From Thermoplasmata archaeon (GTDB lineage Archaea > Thermoplasmatota > Thermoplasmata > Thermoplasmatales > Thermoplasmataceae): a stretch of 64,000 nucleotides of DNA. Each line of letters opens with the position of its first letter. Within the stretch, counting starts at the first letter, position 1. This document shows positions 50,843-62,599 of the stretch, piece by piece. The stretch spans positions 26,271-90,270 of the forward strand of contig JAJZXB010000006.1 of the NCBI GenBank assembly GCA_021846395.1. Reading direction: 5' to 3'. The position numbers were made by a program, and so were the translations under genes. Below the pieces are notes generated by a model. The model was not told the origin of the DNA. It was given only the letters and a program-made list of their open reading frames with translations, and did no database searches.

Positions 50843-52018
50843 TTATTTATAGGTGCCAGAGATGACCCATGGTGGCTCATTTGGATCAAGTGGTTCCATA
50901 ACATCAGTTTTGCTCTCTTCAAGAATTTTTTCATTTACCTCAATTCCTATTCCGGGCTTTCCTGATAATTTCAAATAACCATTTTCCACATTATAACCTG
51001 AAAATAATGATTTTTTCCACTGGGGCCATGATTCCTCAAAGCATTCCTGAATTAGGAAATTTGGTATGGTATAGTCCACATTCAGCGTTGCTGCTGTCTG
51101 TACAGGGCCAAATGCATTGTGGAATGCAACAGGAGTCCCGAAAGAATCTGCTATTGCGGCTATTTTTTTTGCCTCAAGTATTCCTTTTGAATTTGTTATA
51201 TCCGGTTGAATGATATCAACAAGTCCGGAGGAGATGAATCTGGCAAAATCCTCCTTGTTCAATAATCGCTCTCCCAGTGCAACAGGTGTATTTACATATT
51301 TTTTGAATTCATACACGCCATTTTCAAGTTCAGGATGGACGGGTTCCTCCATGAATAGTGGGTTGAATGGGTCCAGAGCCTGTCCTGCCATTATTGCATA
51401 TTTGGGTGCAAAACGACCGTGATATTCTATCAGCAGGTCTACATCATCTCCCAGTGATTCTCTCATGTTTGATACAATTGCAACTGCCTGATCCAGTCCT
51501 TTTTTGCTCAATTTATCATAATTATTCCCAAATGGGTCGAATTTAAAGGCTTTATATCCTTTATTTACAAGGGCCTTTGCCTTTTTAACAAAATCATCAG
51601 GTTCAACGCAATCTGAATACCAGCCGTTCGCATATGCCTTTATATTTTCATTGAATTGCCCACCTAGAAGATTGTATACGGGTGTTCCAAGGTCTTTTCC
51701 TATCAAGTCCCATGATGCTATTTCAAATGCACTCAAGGCAGCGGTTTCCTCTATGGATTTTGATATGTAGAAGGCATTTTTATAATATTCCCTGTTGTTT
51801 TTTTCAATATCAAAATAATTTCTTCCATTAAATATCCTTGCTACTTCCCTCAGGCTTTCCTTTACTGGCAATGTCATCAATGTTGTTGGAGCTTCCCCAA
51901 ACCCAACATTGCCATTTGATGATGTTAACTTCAGCACGAGAATTGTTGAACTCCACGGTGATGATTTTTCTTCAGGCGATCCAAGTTCCAGTATTTCAAT
52001 ATCCTTTATTTTTTCCAT
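50843..52018 (-). CDS. enolase-superfamily dehydratase (mandelate racemase/muconate lactonizing family; gluconate/galactonate dehydratase-like)
   Basis: MR/MLE N-terminal capping domain and a barrel with metal-ligand acidic residues (EEP motif FMEEPVHPE). Confidence 0.75.
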   Translation of the reverse strand: MEKIKDIEILELGSPEEKSSPWSSTILVLKLTSSNGNVGFGEAPTTLMTLPVKESLREVARIFNGRNYFDIEKNNREYYKNAFYISKSIEETAALSAFEIASWDLIGKDLGTPVYNLLGGQFNENIKAYANGWYSDCVEPDDFVKKAKALVNKGYKAFKFDPFGNNYDKLSKKGLDQAVAIVSNMRESLGDDVDLLIEYHGRFAPKYAIMAGQALDPFNPLFMEEPVHPELENGVYEFKKYVNTPVALGERLLNKEDFARFISSGLVDIIQPDITNSKGILEAKKIAAIADSFGTPVAFHNAFGPVQTAATLNVDYTIPNFLIQECFEESWPQWKKSLFSGYNVENGYLKLSGKPGIGIEVNEKILEESKTDVMEPLDPNEPPWVISGTYK

Positions 52019-52043
52019 GAAATATATAATTATTCAAAGAGTA

Positions 52044-54002
52044 TTAAGTTTTTTTATTGGGATTAATCTCATTTTTGTTCACGTCAAATTTTTTTAGTGT
52101 GTATAATCTCCTTGTACCGAATGGTGAAAACGGCTTTCCATTTCCAAAATAAAACTTTGAAAAGAATTCCACGTAAAGAAGCCTTGCACCCTGTATGCCC
52201 GGTTCAAATACTGCAATTACAAGGTTGAAAAGCTGGCCAAATATAAGTATTACAATACCAAAAATTATGATATAAAATGGAGCCGACAGTGTTGATTTGA
52301 AAACTGTGTTTATTACAAGGGCAAGAACAACTGATGCCAGAAGAATTCCCACAATTCTTGTATATGAGAGTATGTGGCTGATAATTGAGGGTATTTCCAT
52401 TAAACTTTGAACTCCTTCAAATGAAATTACAAGGACAAAACCCGATACAAATAAAACAAACCCGATTAATGATGAAATATTTGTTGGGGATAGGCTTATT
52501 TTGTGTATTAAATTCAACCCAAGTATTGCGAGAGCCCATGCCATCATTATCCATCCTGCCTTGGCAACTGCAGCCTTTTTATGATTTATATATATGTTAT
52601 TTATTATCCCAAGAATAAATCCAAATGTGACAAGCCCCAAACCGGTGTAGCCTGAAATTAACAGTAATTTTCCCAAATACATAACGGGGATGGGTGTTGT
52701 TGCGACTCTAAATGGAACGGGATATATTGTAAATCCAAAAAATTCATTGAATATTATCCCAAAGAATATGGAAATAATCGATGCTGGAATAAGGGCTTTT
52801 GATAGATTCTTTAAGGCATTTTTCCCAAGGATCATCAGCACGAATCCTGAAATTTTTTTGGGTATATGGCTAACCTTTGGTGGGTGGTCAATCCTGTGTA
52901 TGATGAACAGTGAAAACAGCAGTATAACAAGTCCATATCCTGCATCCCCTACCATTATGCCAAAAAATACGGGAAATATCAACGCAAATATCAACGTTGG
53001 GTCAAATTCATATTCCTGGGGAAGCGAATAGAATCTTATGAAAAATTCGAAAATTTTAAAATGTTTGGGGTTTGAAAGTTTTGTGGGTGGGTCTTCCTTT
53101 GTTTTAAGCACCTGCAATATCACTTCATTATCAGAATCTTTTTCAAGTATTTTCCTTGCATTTTCCAGTTCTTTTTCAGGTATCCACCCCTCCATGGCAA
53201 AAACATTTTCTGATGAGGCAAGCTGGGTTGTTATTTCTGCCTCTTTGAAAGCTATTTCCAGCTGTTCTTCAATTTGAATAATTTCCTCATAATTCTCCCC
53301 TGAAATATTATTCAGTTCATTGAGTGCCACTTTGCGCTGTTCGGTAGCATCCTTTATTTTTCTTTGAGCTTCCTTCAATAAATCCAATGGCATTCCGTTA
53401 AACTCAGGAATGTGGATAATGCGTGTTGAAATACCTGATAAAGCAGATAAAAATTCTGCCTCATATTTCCTGTTGATTGTAACAAGAGAATAATTATCGT
53501 CCAGTGAAATGATATCTGTATAATCATTTTTTAATCTGTTTATTTCTTCAGATTTTTCTATAATATAGCTTTTAACATAGGAATTATTCAAAATAGAAAT
53601 ATCGCCTCTAAAATTTTTTAAAATGTTAAAAATCTTTACGTAATTTTCATTTTCCTTTATTGCTGATAACAAGGATTCATCAGTTTCTTTTATATGGAGC
53701 AAGCTATCCTTTATATTTATTTTTGATATGGCATCAAAAAGTTCCTTTTCTGATTCAAAATATGTTTTATGCTTTACTTCTTTCACATTGAGCATTGACA
53801 AATATCCCTTAAATTCTGAAAGATAGTCAGATAATAGCTTATAATTTTCACTGTTATATTGATTTGGAAATAATTTTTCAACATCAGAGTTGACGCTTTC
53901 TATTTGCATGACTCCAAGATCGTGCAGGTCCTGTATAATTGTGGATCTTTTCTGATTTGTGCCGATTATGCGTATCCTTGCCATCCTTTCAGGTTTCAAC
54001 AT
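52044..54002 (-). CDS. atpI: A/V-type ATP synthase subunit I (a)
   Basis: 652 aa with a soluble coiled N-terminal half and a polytopic C-terminal half. Confidence 0.85.
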   Translation of the reverse strand: MLKPERMARIRIIGTNQKRSTIIQDLHDLGVMQIESVNSDVEKLFPNQYNSENYKLLSDYLSEFKGYLSMLNVKEVKHKTYFESEKELFDAISKINIKDSLLHIKETDESLLSAIKENENYVKIFNILKNFRGDISILNNSYVKSYIIEKSEEINRLKNDYTDIISLDDNYSLVTINRKYEAEFLSALSGISTRIIHIPEFNGMPLDLLKEAQRKIKDATEQRKVALNELNNISGENYEEIIQIEEQLEIAFKEAEITTQLASSENVFAMEGWIPEKELENARKILEKDSDNEVILQVLKTKEDPPTKLSNPKHFKIFEFFIRFYSLPQEYEFDPTLIFALIFPVFFGIMVGDAGYGLVILLFSLFIIHRIDHPPKVSHIPKKISGFVLMILGKNALKNLSKALIPASIISIFFGIIFNEFFGFTIYPVPFRVATTPIPVMYLGKLLLISGYTGLGLVTFGFILGIINNIYINHKKAAVAKAGWIMMAWALAILGLNLIHKISLSPTNISSLIGFVLFVSGFVLVISFEGVQSLMEIPSIISHILSYTRIVGILLASVVLALVINTVFKSTLSAPFYIIIFGIVILIFGQLFNLVIAVFEPGIQGARLLYVEFFSKFYFGNGKPFSPFGTRRLYTLKKFDVNKNEINPNKKT

Positions 54003-54006
54003 GATT

Positions 54007-54327
54007 TCACTCTTTAATGTGTTTATTTAATATTTTATATGCATATTTTTCAATTTCTCCTAGAGATAAGTCAAGAGTTATCACCTGTGATTTTGCATTT
54101 GTTTTATCAATGGCGTCTGCAAGCTTTTTTTTCTCGCTTTCCTTGACCGATTCGATATCGCTATTGTATTTGTTTATTATCTGATAGTTTGTATTTTCAA
54201 ATTTTTCAGAGCATTGCCTGACAGCTTCTGAGAGTTCATTCTCTCTTGATTTTTTTAAATCTTCTATGGCTTTTTTATTTTCGTCTTCCTTATTTTTTAT
54301 AACATTTAATTCATCAATTTCGGTCAT
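54007..54327 (-). CDS. atpH: A/V-type ATP synthase subunit H (putative)
   Basis: 106 aa charged coiled-coil protein between atpD and atpI. Confidence 0.45.
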   Translation of the reverse strand: MTEIDELNVIKNKEDENKKAIEDLKKSRENELSEAVRQCSEKFENTNYQIINKYNSDIESVKESEKKKLADAIDKTNAKSQVITLDLSLGEIEKYAYKILNKHIKE

Positions 54328-54417
54328 TTATATATCACCATTATAATTACTATTATAAATATAAGCGTAATCAATATATTTATAATAAACATTATTTTTC
54401 TAATTTTTTTAAATTTT

Positions 54418-55074
54418 TCAGGACTGTTCACTTTCATTATTCACCACGTGGCTTTTAACAAACTTCAGTGTGGAGAATGAATCCCTATCTCTTTCATCCA
54501 GATATTCCTTGATTATTTTCAAATTGTTGTTAAATCTAGGTATCATTATATTTTCAATTGCATTTGACCTTCTGTTTGTTTTGTCTATTTCATATAACAA
54601 TTTACGCATTGAGTTTTCCTTTTGGGCTATTTCCAGCAATTCATTGAATATTTTTTTGAATGTTATTACAGTATCATATATTGAAACAGGAACTGAGCTA
54701 ACAAGATACTCATTGCTCAACACATTTCTATTCACACTGATATTCAACTCTGGAATTTTAACGCCCATAATGTTTTTCATATTTATTAAAATGTCAGGAT
54801 TGGAGGACATATATGAAATTCTCTCTATTTCAAGTGTTCCATCAACAGTTTCTGCAATTTTTATCTGGGAAATTCCATTTTGAATATCATTTCTAACATT
54901 TTCCCTCATTCCCTTAACTTCATTGTTTATTTTGAGAAATTCCATTACCAAGGCTGACCTCTTCATTTTCAGAAGATCGAGCCCTCTAGAAGCAACCTTG
55001 ATCTTCTTCTTCGTATTTATCAATTCAATTCTTGTTAATCTGAAATTATTTGCCATTATTATCCCATCTCCCAT
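54418..55074 (-). CDS. atpD: A/V-type ATP synthase subunit D
   Basis: 218 aa coiled-coil central-stalk subunit directly after atpB. Confidence 0.8.
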   Translation of the reverse strand: MGDGIIMANNFRLTRIELINTKKKIKVASRGLDLLKMKRSALVMEFLKINNEVKGMRENVRNDIQNGISQIKIAETVDGTLEIERISYMSSNPDILINMKNIMGVKIPELNISVNRNVLSNEYLVSSVPVSIYDTVITFKKIFNELLEIAQKENSMRKLLYEIDKTNRRSNAIENIMIPRFNNNLKIIKEYLDERDRDSFSTLKFVKSHVVNNESEQS

Positions 55075-56440
55075 ATTTTGATATATGGGCTGACTTTACT
55101 TTTTTCATTTCGTCTTTCGGCAGAACAGATAGGAGATCCCATCCAAGATTCAATGTTTCCTCTATGGTTCTATTGTCATTCCCCTGATTCACATATTTAT
55201 TTTCAAAGTTATCTCCCAATTTGAGATAGAGCTTATCCACCTCACTGAGTGCTTCTTCTCCAACAATTTCACTGAGTGATCTTGCATCCTTGCCCTTTGC
55301 ATAGGAGGAATACAGTTGATCTGCAAGGCCTCTATGGTCTTCCCTAGTGTGGCCTGCTCCAACACCCTGATTCATCAATCTTGATAATGACAATAAAACG
55401 TCAACCTCAGGATATATATTTTTTCTGCTTAAGTCCCTTGATAGTGTTATCTGCCCTTCTGTTATATACCCAGTTAAATCAGGAACTGGATGTGTAATAT
55501 CGTCACCCGGCATGGTTAAAATTGGAATCTGTGTAATGGAACCTTTTCTGCCCTTTATTTTACCTGCTCTTTCATATATCGTGCTTAAATCTGTATACAT
55601 ATATCCTGGATATCCTCTTCTACCAGGTATTTCATCCCTTGATGAGGATATTTCCCTTAAAGCCTCACAGTAATTGGTCATATCGGTCAATATAACCAGG
55701 ACATTCATATCCTTCTCATATGCCATATGCTCAGCAGTGGTCAATGCAACCCTTGGCAATATAATTCTATCCATCGAGGGATCTGAAGCAAGATTTAAAA
55801 ATATCACAGAATTTGAAAGTGCTCCGGAACTGCGGAACTGCCTCATGAAATAATTTGCTTCTTCGCTGGTTATTCCTATTGCTCCAAAAACAACACCGAA
55901 TTCTTCGTTTCCCTTAAGGGTTGTGGCCTGCCTTGCTATTTGGGTAGCAAGCCTGTTGTGTGATAATCCTGCACCGGAGAAAATAGGCAATTTCTGTCCC
56001 ATTACCAGAGTGTTCATGCCATCTATTGTAGATATCCCAGTCTGTATAAACTCACTTGGTTCCTCCCTTGAATATGGATTTATTGCTGCACCAGTAATGT
56101 CCACCTTCTCTCTGGAATATATTTTTGGGCCATTATCTATTGGCTCACCAAAACCATTGAAAATTCTTCCGAGCATGTCATCAGAAACAGAGAGCTTAAA
56201 GGTGCTCCCCGTCATTTTAACACCGGTACCCTCCGGGCTCATTCCCGTGGTTGAGCCATAAACCTGAACTATAGCAACTCCATTTCTCGTTTCCAAAACC
56301 TGCCCCTTTACCCGTTCACCATTGTCAAGAATAACATCAACGATTTCATTGTATGATGCATTATTGATATTATTTATGAACAGCAGAGGACCATTAATCT
56401 GCGATATTGATCTGTATATTATTTCAGACATTTTGAACAC
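55046..56440 (-). CDS. atpB: A/V-type ATP synthase subunit B
   Basis: 464 aa non-catalytic nucleotide-binding subunit (P-loop-like GAGLSHN...). Confidence 0.95.
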   Translation of the reverse strand: MFKMSEIIYRSISQINGPLLFINNINNASYNEIVDVILDNGERVKGQVLETRNGVAIVQVYGSTTGMSPEGTGVKMTGSTFKLSVSDDMLGRIFNGFGEPIDNGPKIYSREKVDITGAAINPYSREEPSEFIQTGISTIDGMNTLVMGQKLPIFSGAGLSHNRLATQIARQATTLKGNEEFGVVFGAIGITSEEANYFMRQFRSSGALSNSVIFLNLASDPSMDRIILPRVALTTAEHMAYEKDMNVLVILTDMTNYCEALREISSSRDEIPGRRGYPGYMYTDLSTIYERAGKIKGRKGSITQIPILTMPGDDITHPVPDLTGYITEGQITLSRDLSRKNIYPEVDVLLSLSRLMNQGVGAGHTREDHRGLADQLYSSYAKGKDARSLSEIVGEEALSEVDKLYLKLGDNFENKYVNQGNDNRTIEETLNLGWDLLSVLPKDEMKKVKSAHISKYGRWDNNGK

Positions 56441-59282
56441 CCTCCATTATGCTATTGTATTCATCCTCTATTTCCTTTATAATACCGTTATAGAACTTCT
56501 CAAAATCCCCTTCCTTTATCTCCTTCATTCTAGATATCTTTGATCTAACAGGCAAAGACGAGGTCTGTGTTAATTTCTTTCCTGCATCTATTGCCTTTTC
56601 CTGATAGTCATTCAGTGTTTTTATAATTGTCAGCATCATGAACTGCTTTTTTATTGAACAATATGTATCGGTATCATCAAAGGCATTCTGTTGGAGAAAA
56701 TCTTCTCTAACTATCTTTGCAACATCAAGTATGTTTTTCTGTTTTTCCGGCAATGAATCATAGCCAACCAGCTGGACTATTTCCTGCAGTTCAGCTTCTT
56801 TCTGCAAGATACTCATCATCAGCGAATGAATATTAATCCAGCCAGGGTCAACATTATCCTTTAACCATGAAGATAATGAATCAAGGTATAGTGAATAGCT
56901 ATTCAGCCAGTTTATTGATGGAAAATGCCTTCTTGAGGCCAGAGAAGCATCAAGCGCCCAGAAAACCCTTGTAACCCTTAAAGTATTCTGCACAACTGGA
57001 TCTGACAGGTCTCCTCCAGGTGGTGATACAGCACCTATCAGCGTAACTGATCCGGTCCTATCATCCTCTGCTATTATCTGAGCATTTCCTGATCTTTCAT
57101 AAAATTCAGATATCCTTCTTCCTAGATATGCTGGATATCCCTCTTCCCCTGGCATTTCCTCAAGCCTGCCTGAAATTTCTCTCAGGGCCTCTGCCCATCT
57201 GCTTGTTGAATCAGCCATTACAGCTACATCATAACCCATATCTCTGTAATATTCTGCTATTGTAACACCGGTGTAAATACTTGCCTCTCTGGCAGCAACG
57301 GGCATGTTTGATGTATTCGCTATTAAAATTGTTTTTTCCATTAATGGTTTTCCACTTTTTGGATCCTGCAATTCTGGGAATGTTGAAAGTATTTCAGTCA
57401 TTTCATTCCCTCTCTCTCCACAGCCAACATAAACAGTTATATCTGCATCTGACCATTTTGAAAGCTGGTGTTGAATTACCGTATTATGCAGTACTATACC
57501 ACCATAACCTCCAACGAAATTTCTTCCATAATCTGGAACAGAAACATCATAAACATCAAACTCTCCGTATATCTCCTCCATTTCAACAATTTTGTCGAAA
57601 AAAACATAATCATTTTTGCTTATTACAGGATCAACAAGAAGAGTTCCCCCATTTTCTGTGATATTTAAATTGCTTTCATCAGAAATTAACATATTTTCTG
57701 AATTCTGCCCTGCCAAAAGCTCGGATAATTTATGCATACTATCACTGGAGTCAATGTAAATATTATTGCTTGATATACTGTGCATTATTCCAAATCTTGT
57801 TAATAAGTAAGAAAGCTGTACTGAAATCCATCTATTTTTTGCCTTTAATTCAAATGGGTTCCCATCAGAAGAACAGTACGATCTTAAAAATGAAAGCACT
57901 TCTTCATTTCCGAATTTCAAAATAAAATCAGGTATTTTTGCTATTCCAGCTGATAAGACTATATCATTTATTTTACTATTTTTAATGACCACTTCTGCCT
58001 TGTTTTTTATTCCCCTATATCCGAAAATATTCTCCGTTACCTCAAGGAATTTTTCAAGAATAGATTCACTGTTGCTTGAAAAAACAACATTGTCTTCGTT
58101 TATATGGCCACCAGATATCAAATATCCAAAAAACTTGGACAGCTCATTTGGCTGAATTTCCATGGAATTATTTCCCTCTGTAACGTAATTTATTTTATCC
58201 TGATTTATTATTTCAGTATTTCTGGCAGATACAATGTAATCTCCTGTGCATAAATCTGACGCCTTTGTTTCCCTTATATCACCGTCTACATCCCTTTTGA
58301 ATAATTTATGTACGGGTGTGACTCGAACTTCTCTTCCACTCTCAGTTTTTATTCTTATTACAGAATCGCTTTTGCCATGATAGAGAAGAGAGGATTCACT
58401 TTGTTCTATTTTATCTTTATAAAATGAAAGGATCTTTAATGGTGAATCGAGCTCTATAATTTCCTCATTACCATTAACCGTTATTTTTCCATTGTTCTTA
58501 TTTTCGCTGTAAAGATTTTCCATGGTAACTATGGAACCGCTGGCCATTAAAACAGGTGTATCTCCAGTTACACATTTCCCACTTCCAAATGGGCCTGGAA
58601 CGGCGACAGTACCGCCCTTTGCAACTGGAAAAAAGGAGTCAATAACCCTCTGACCCGTTATCAATGGCAATTCAGGGGGAAACTTTAAAAACACCTTTCT
58701 TGGATTCCTTACTGGCCATATCTGCTTTAATTTAATTTCGAATTTTTTTGCATCGTCTGATATTATGCATACTGTGTCTGAAACTTTAAATTTACCAGAT
58801 TTTATTTCTTTTATAATACCGCCCATTCCTTCAGGAACCATGATTTTTGTTTTTATAAGATCAGTCTCAGGAACCTCACCAATTATGTATCCTGCCTTTA
58901 CCTCATCACCTTCCTTTACAAGAGGTGTGAAGTCCCATTCCCTGTTTTCGTCAAGCGGTGGTGCTGTTGCACCCCTTACTATGAAATCACCGGTTTTTGA
59001 TTTAATTATATCAAGTGGCCTTTGAATACCATCATAAATTGACTTCAGCAAACCTGGACCCAGTTCCACTGATAGTGGTTTGCCTGTTGATACGACCGGT
59101 TCTCCAGGCTTTAACCCACTTGTATCTTCATAAACCTGAATTGTGTACCTGTTGCCAACTATTTTAATAACTTCACCAACAAGACCGATATTGCCAACCT
59201 TAACCACATCAAACATTTTTCCCTTCAGATCTGTTGCTATTACAACCGGACCTGAAACACTGTATATTACACCACCATTCAT
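56424..59282 (-). CDS. atpA: A/V-type ATP synthase subunit A, intein-containing
   Basis: 952 aa: 588 aa of extein (P-loop GPFGSGK then [11 protein letters not shown]...) interrupted by a 364-aa intein. Confidence 0.95.
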   Translation of the reverse strand: MNGGVIYSVSGPVVIATDLKGKMFDVVKVGNIGLVGEVIKIVGNRYTIQVYEDTSGLKPGEPVVSTGKPLSVELGPGLLKSIYDGIQRPLDIIKSKTGDFIVRGATAPPLDENREWDFTPLVKEGDEVKAGYIIGEVPETDLIKTKIMVPEGMGGIIKEIKSGKFKVSDTVCIISDDAKKFEIKLKQIWPVRNPRKVFLKFPPELPLITGQRVIDSFFPVAKGGTVAVPGPFGSGKCVTGDTPVLMASGSIVTMENLYSENKNNGKITVNGNEEIIELDSPLKILSFYKDKIEQSESSLLYHGKSDSVIRIKTESGREVRVTPVHKLFKRDVDGDIRETKASDLCTGDYIVSARNTEIINQDKINYVTEGNNSMEIQPNELSKFFGYLISGGHINEDNVVFSSNSESILEKFLEVTENIFGYRGIKNKAEVVIKNSKINDIVLSAGIAKIPDFILKFGNEEVLSFLRSYCSSDGNPFELKAKNRWISVQLSYLLTRFGIMHSISSNNIYIDSSDSMHKLSELLAGQNSENMLISDESNLNITENGGTLLVDPVISKNDYVFFDKIVEMEEIYGEFDVYDVSVPDYGRNFVGGYGGIVLHNTVIQHQLSKWSDADITVYVGCGERGNEMTEILSTFPELQDPKSGKPLMEKTILIANTSNMPVAAREASIYTGVTIAEYYRDMGYDVAVMADSTSRWAEALREISGRLEEMPGEEGYPAYLGRRISEFYERSGNAQIIAEDDRTGSVTLIGAVSPPGGDLSDPVVQNTLRVTRVFWALDASLASRRHFPSINWLNSYSLYLDSLSSWLKDNVDPGWINIHSLMMSILQKEAELQEIVQLVGYDSLPEKQKNILDVAKIVREDFLQQNAFDDTDTYCSIKKQFMMLTIIKTLNDYQEKAIDAGKKLTQTSSLPVRSKISRMKEIKEGDFEKFYNGIIKEIEDEYNSIMEGVQNV
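57483..58574 (-). mobile_element. VMA-type intein inserted in the AtpA P-loop (Cys1 ... His-Asn / +1 Thr)
   Basis: The insert begins with Cys immediately after GPFGSGK and ends ...GIVLHN followed by T. It has degenerate LAGLIDADG-like blocks ([21 protein letters not shown]). This is the canonical VMA-a insertion site. Confidence 0.85.
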
Positions 59283-59514
59283 TTTAAATCACCAATTAAT
59301 AAAAAATTGTACTTATTCGTACACAACCCCTGATAATTCAACAGTTTTACTGATCTGTTAATATCGATTTTTCCTACCATATTATAAAGAATATTGCATA
59401 CACGTTTAAAAAAATAATGCTTAAATTTCATTTCAACTTTTACAAAGAAGAAAATTTTAGGAAACGAATAATTATTTTTTTTTGAGTATGCTTTCATAAA
59501 GTTTTTCACCATTA

Positions 59515-59823
59515 TTAACTTATATCTATTCCAAGAATTTTCTTGGCAAGATCATAAACTGATTCTTCCTCTTTTACGCCTGGTATCGGGATAAATACCA
59601 CAAGCGGGCTAATTGTACTGTTATATAAATTCAATTCATCTTCGGTTAAGTATTTTTGTAATGATTGAGATGCCAGAATTACATTATACTTTTTTGAATT
59701 GTAAAGGGCCTTCAAAGTTTTTGATCCATTTTCTTTTTCAGCTATAAAAGTGCTGTTTATGCCAACCAGCTTAAATCCCATCGCAATCTCCCTTTCTCCA
59801 ACTACACATATATTTTCATTCAT
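59515..59823 (-). CDS. atpF: A/V-type ATP synthase subunit F
   Basis: 102 aa between atpC and atpA. Confidence 0.8.
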   Translation of the reverse strand: MNENICVVGEREIAMGFKLVGINSTFIAEKENGSKTLKALYNSKKYNVILASQSLQKYLTEDELNLYNSTISPLVVFIPIPGVKEEESVYDLAKKILGIDIS

Positions 59824-60873
59824 TTAGATCAACATTTTTTCAAGTATTTTATCATCAAGATTGTAAAATCTACCAATTATTATGGTTCTCAAATTATCCC
59901 TCTCTCTTTCAGCTGTCAATATATACCCAAGGATAAAAGGAGCGCCAGTTGTTCTCATCATCAGCGGAATATATTTATCAACTATCGCCTTCCTCATTGA
60001 TGTGTCAAATAATGAAAGGCTACCGTTTTTCCTGTAAAAATCAATTGCATCATCAATATTATACGATTTGAATGTTTCCAGAATTTGTATGGTATTTTTT
60101 GATCGGTACATATCCTCAAGTATATTCTTGCTGCGGAATCCATTTTCAATAAGATATTTTTCAATATTTTCGTATGGAACCTGCAATTCCAGTGCCTTGA
60201 TCATTGTGAGAATGTTTTTTACATCGATAATTTCCTTTGTATAATTTATGATTATGCTCTCATCACCGTTAAAATATTTTATATTATTTACAAGATTAAT
60301 ATAATAATTATAATCAATTGCCGAGATCATTGGGGAAATATCGCCAGTTTTTTTATACTCATCAATATATTTTAACAGGTAATTATAGCCATACTCTAGA
60401 AGATAATTAACTATTGATTCCACATCGTTTCTTGCCAACAGAGATCTGAAATTTTCCGGGGATAAATTTCCGGCAAATATTCCAAGAGGTATATCCCTGA
60501 AGCTCAAAATAAAACTGTCATTGTACTTTATTTCATGGTTAATGACCTTCGAAATAATTATTGCCTTTATTGACTCGATATCCCATTTAGAAATGTATAA
60601 TTTTATATAGTCTTTAATTTCGGGCGGAACAGCAAATATTGCAAGTTTTGAATTGTTAATGACATGTCGGTTTATTGCAGAAATTAAAAGGTTTATTTCA
60701 TTATCATTCATGAAAGACAATTTGTCTATATCTTCTCGATAAGATGTGCTATAAAGCTTTAATCTTATATCCTTTAAATCGAGATTCATCAATGATTTTA
60801 TGAAATCACTGCTTAAAAAATCAGTGAAATGAACCTTTAATCTTCCAAAACTTCCTGGGTAACCTGCATTCAT
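59824..60873 (-). CDS. atpC: A/V-type ATP synthase subunit C
   Basis: 349 aa helical protein between atpE and atpF. Confidence 0.8.
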   Translation of the reverse strand: MNAGYPGSFGRLKVHFTDFLSSDFIKSLMNLDLKDIRLKLYSTSYREDIDKLSFMNDNEINLLISAINRHVINNSKLAIFAVPPEIKDYIKLYISKWDIESIKAIIISKVINHEIKYNDSFILSFRDIPLGIFAGNLSPENFRSLLARNDVESIVNYLLEYGYNYLLKYIDEYKKTGDISPMISAIDYNYYINLVNNIKYFNGDESIIINYTKEIIDVKNILTMIKALELQVPYENIEKYLIENGFRSKNILEDMYRSKNTIQILETFKSYNIDDAIDFYRKNGSLSLFDTSMRKAIVDKYIPLMMRTTGAPFILGYILTAERERDNLRTIIIGRFYNLDDKILEKMLI

Positions 60874-60881
60874 TTAGCCAC

Positions 60882-61445
60882 CTATTTTATATTTTCATAG
60901 AAATACAGTGATAGTTCATCCGAAATACTGTCAAAAATAGAATTCAATCTAAAGTCAATCATTTTTTTGCCATCTTTTGTTACTGCTATTAATCCAGATT
61001 TGATGTTTTTGTCAACTATGATATTTGCCGAGGTTAAAATTGATTTGATTTTTTCCTCATCATTTTCCGAACAGTGTATTATGAGATCATTGCCAAATTT
61101 TGTTATTGCTGTATCTATCATGTTCTGAAGCAGTTCACGGTATTTCGATGATTTATTTAGGGAGGTGATATGCGATCTGCTTTCCTCAAGAGCGTTTTTT
61201 ATAATATCCCTTTTTCTACTGTCAATTATCTGTTTAGTCTGTATTTTAATCCGGTCTTCATATTGACCTATTATGCTGCGAGTATCATTTTTTCCCTTGA
61301 TAGCAAAATCCTCTTCAAGGTGCTTAATTTTTGTATTGCATGTTGCCTTGATTTCGTTTATTTTCTGATCATAGTAGTCGTTTATTTTTTTAATCTGTTC
61401 TTCTCGCGATCTGTCAATTTCATTTAAAATATTTTCAAGAGACAT
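60882..61445 (-). CDS. atpE: A/V-type ATP synthase subunit E
   Basis: About 187 aa from the internal Met (MSLENILNEI...), a coiled-coil peripheral stalk subunit. The start is 6 nt after the atpK stop. Confidence 0.75.
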   Translation of the reverse strand: MSLENILNEIDRSREEQIKKINDYYDQKINEIKATCNTKIKHLEEDFAIKGKNDTRSIIGQYEDRIKIQTKQIIDSRKRDIIKNALEESRSHITSLNKSSKYRELLQNMIDTAITKFGNDLIIHCSENDEEKIKSILTSANIIVDKNIKSGLIAVTKDGKKMIDFRLNSIFDSISDELSLYFYENIK

Positions 61446-61450
61446 AAAAA

Positions 61451-61681
61451 TCATATAACATGAAGAAGAAGAATTATCCCCAACACGAATCCTATAATCC
61501 ACAGTGTTTCAGGTATAACAAAGAAGAAAAGAACCTGTCCGAATTTTTCAGGCTTTTCTGCAATAATACCCATACCGGCAGCTCCTATACCCTGTTGCGC
61601 CATACCAGTTCCGATCAAACCTCCTGCAATAGCTATTGACGCCGCTATTGCCAGTAATGCATCTGCTGTAGTAATAACCAT
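61451..61681 (-). CDS. atpK: A/V-type ATP synthase proteolipid subunit K (c)
   Basis: 76 aa, two TM helices, conserved ...GQVLFFFVIPETLWI... with the essential Glu. Confidence 0.85.
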   Translation of the reverse strand: MVITTADALLAIAASIAIAGGLIGTGMAQQGIGAAGMGIIAEKPEKFGQVLFFFVIPETLWIIGFVLGIILLLHVI

Positions 61682-61709
61682 AAATATCCTTAAATGAATA
61701 TTAAAACAC

Positions 61710-61719
61710 GTTATATAAA
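61710..61719 (-). promoter_or_regulatory. TATA-box-like element upstream of the atp operon
   Basis: Minus strand TTTATATAAC lies about 30-38 nt upstream of the atpK ATG, followed by an AAGGAT SD-like leader. Confidence 0.3.
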
Positions 61720-62302
61720 ATTATTTATTCTGGCATTGTTAACTTTTAGTAGATGATTAAAGGCAATTGGACACGGTATTTAAAATTTTGTGTAAATTTA
61801 AGGATATCCATTTTGAAACGTTTTCTCTAATTTATCTTTGCATTTAAAGTATCTGTTCAATCCTTTATTATCCCATGATACATTCAATTCATTGACCATC
61901 AGGTGAACTACCCTGGCGTATTATGGCTCAAAGAATAAGCCGAGTACAAATTATATTTATGAACATGCAACAGTTTCCGTTGTTGCAAAGAGAATAAGAT
62001 TTGTTATTGGTGTTTTGCATGTGGAAGAGATGAAGATACATAAAATGGTTTCAAAACTTATAGAAATGATGGGATGACAAGGAGAAAAGTGATAGAGTTT
62101 GTTTACATGGGAAAACACACATTTTCGGAATAGATGATGGATGGAGCTTATATGGAAAGAAATTCAGGGGTTCTAACGGTTTATTACCGGCATATACAAA
62201 AAAGAAAAATTTATTTATATATATTATACATTTATGCAAAGGAAAAAATATTTAATGTTAATATCGCTAGTTCCTGTGCCATGGTATTATTGAGGTGTTA
62301 AA

Positions 62303-62515
62303 ATGAATAAAAAATATTATTTAATAATAGGAATTTCCGGAATGGTTTTATGGCTTCCTTATATTATTATCACATATTATTCACTTAAATATCTAAACAT
62401 ATACGGCTATGGAACATTTATCACCCAAATACCTGCAGTACTTATTTTTGTTTTTGCATTTTCGTCATTATTGACCGCTCATGATAAATATAAAAAAAAT
62501 AAGGGTTCTTCCTAA
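62303..62515 (+). CDS. small hypothetical two-TM protein
   Basis: 70 aa hydrophobic ORF; no homology recognised. Confidence 0.25.
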   Translation: MNKKYYLIIGISGMVLWLPYIIITYYSLKYLNIYGYGTFITQIPAVLIFVFAFSSLLTAHDKYKKNKGSS

Positions 62516-62599
62516 TTTCCTATTATTAAATTTAATGTCCTTAATGAAATACCATAGTTGGAGAGGAAATCAAGGTTTACAAATGATTTAAAGCACGAA

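Noticed and set aside
56424-59282. 952-aa atpA as a gene fusion or frameshift artefact
   Set aside because: The extra 364 aa sit precisely at the VMA-a intein site with Cys1 and HN/T junctions, so this is an intein and not a fusion.
62051-62239. 62-aa minus-strand ORF in the atp promoter / IS-flank region
   Set aside because: Low-complexity product, no start context; it is more likely part of the non-coding region between the atp operon and the TnpB element.
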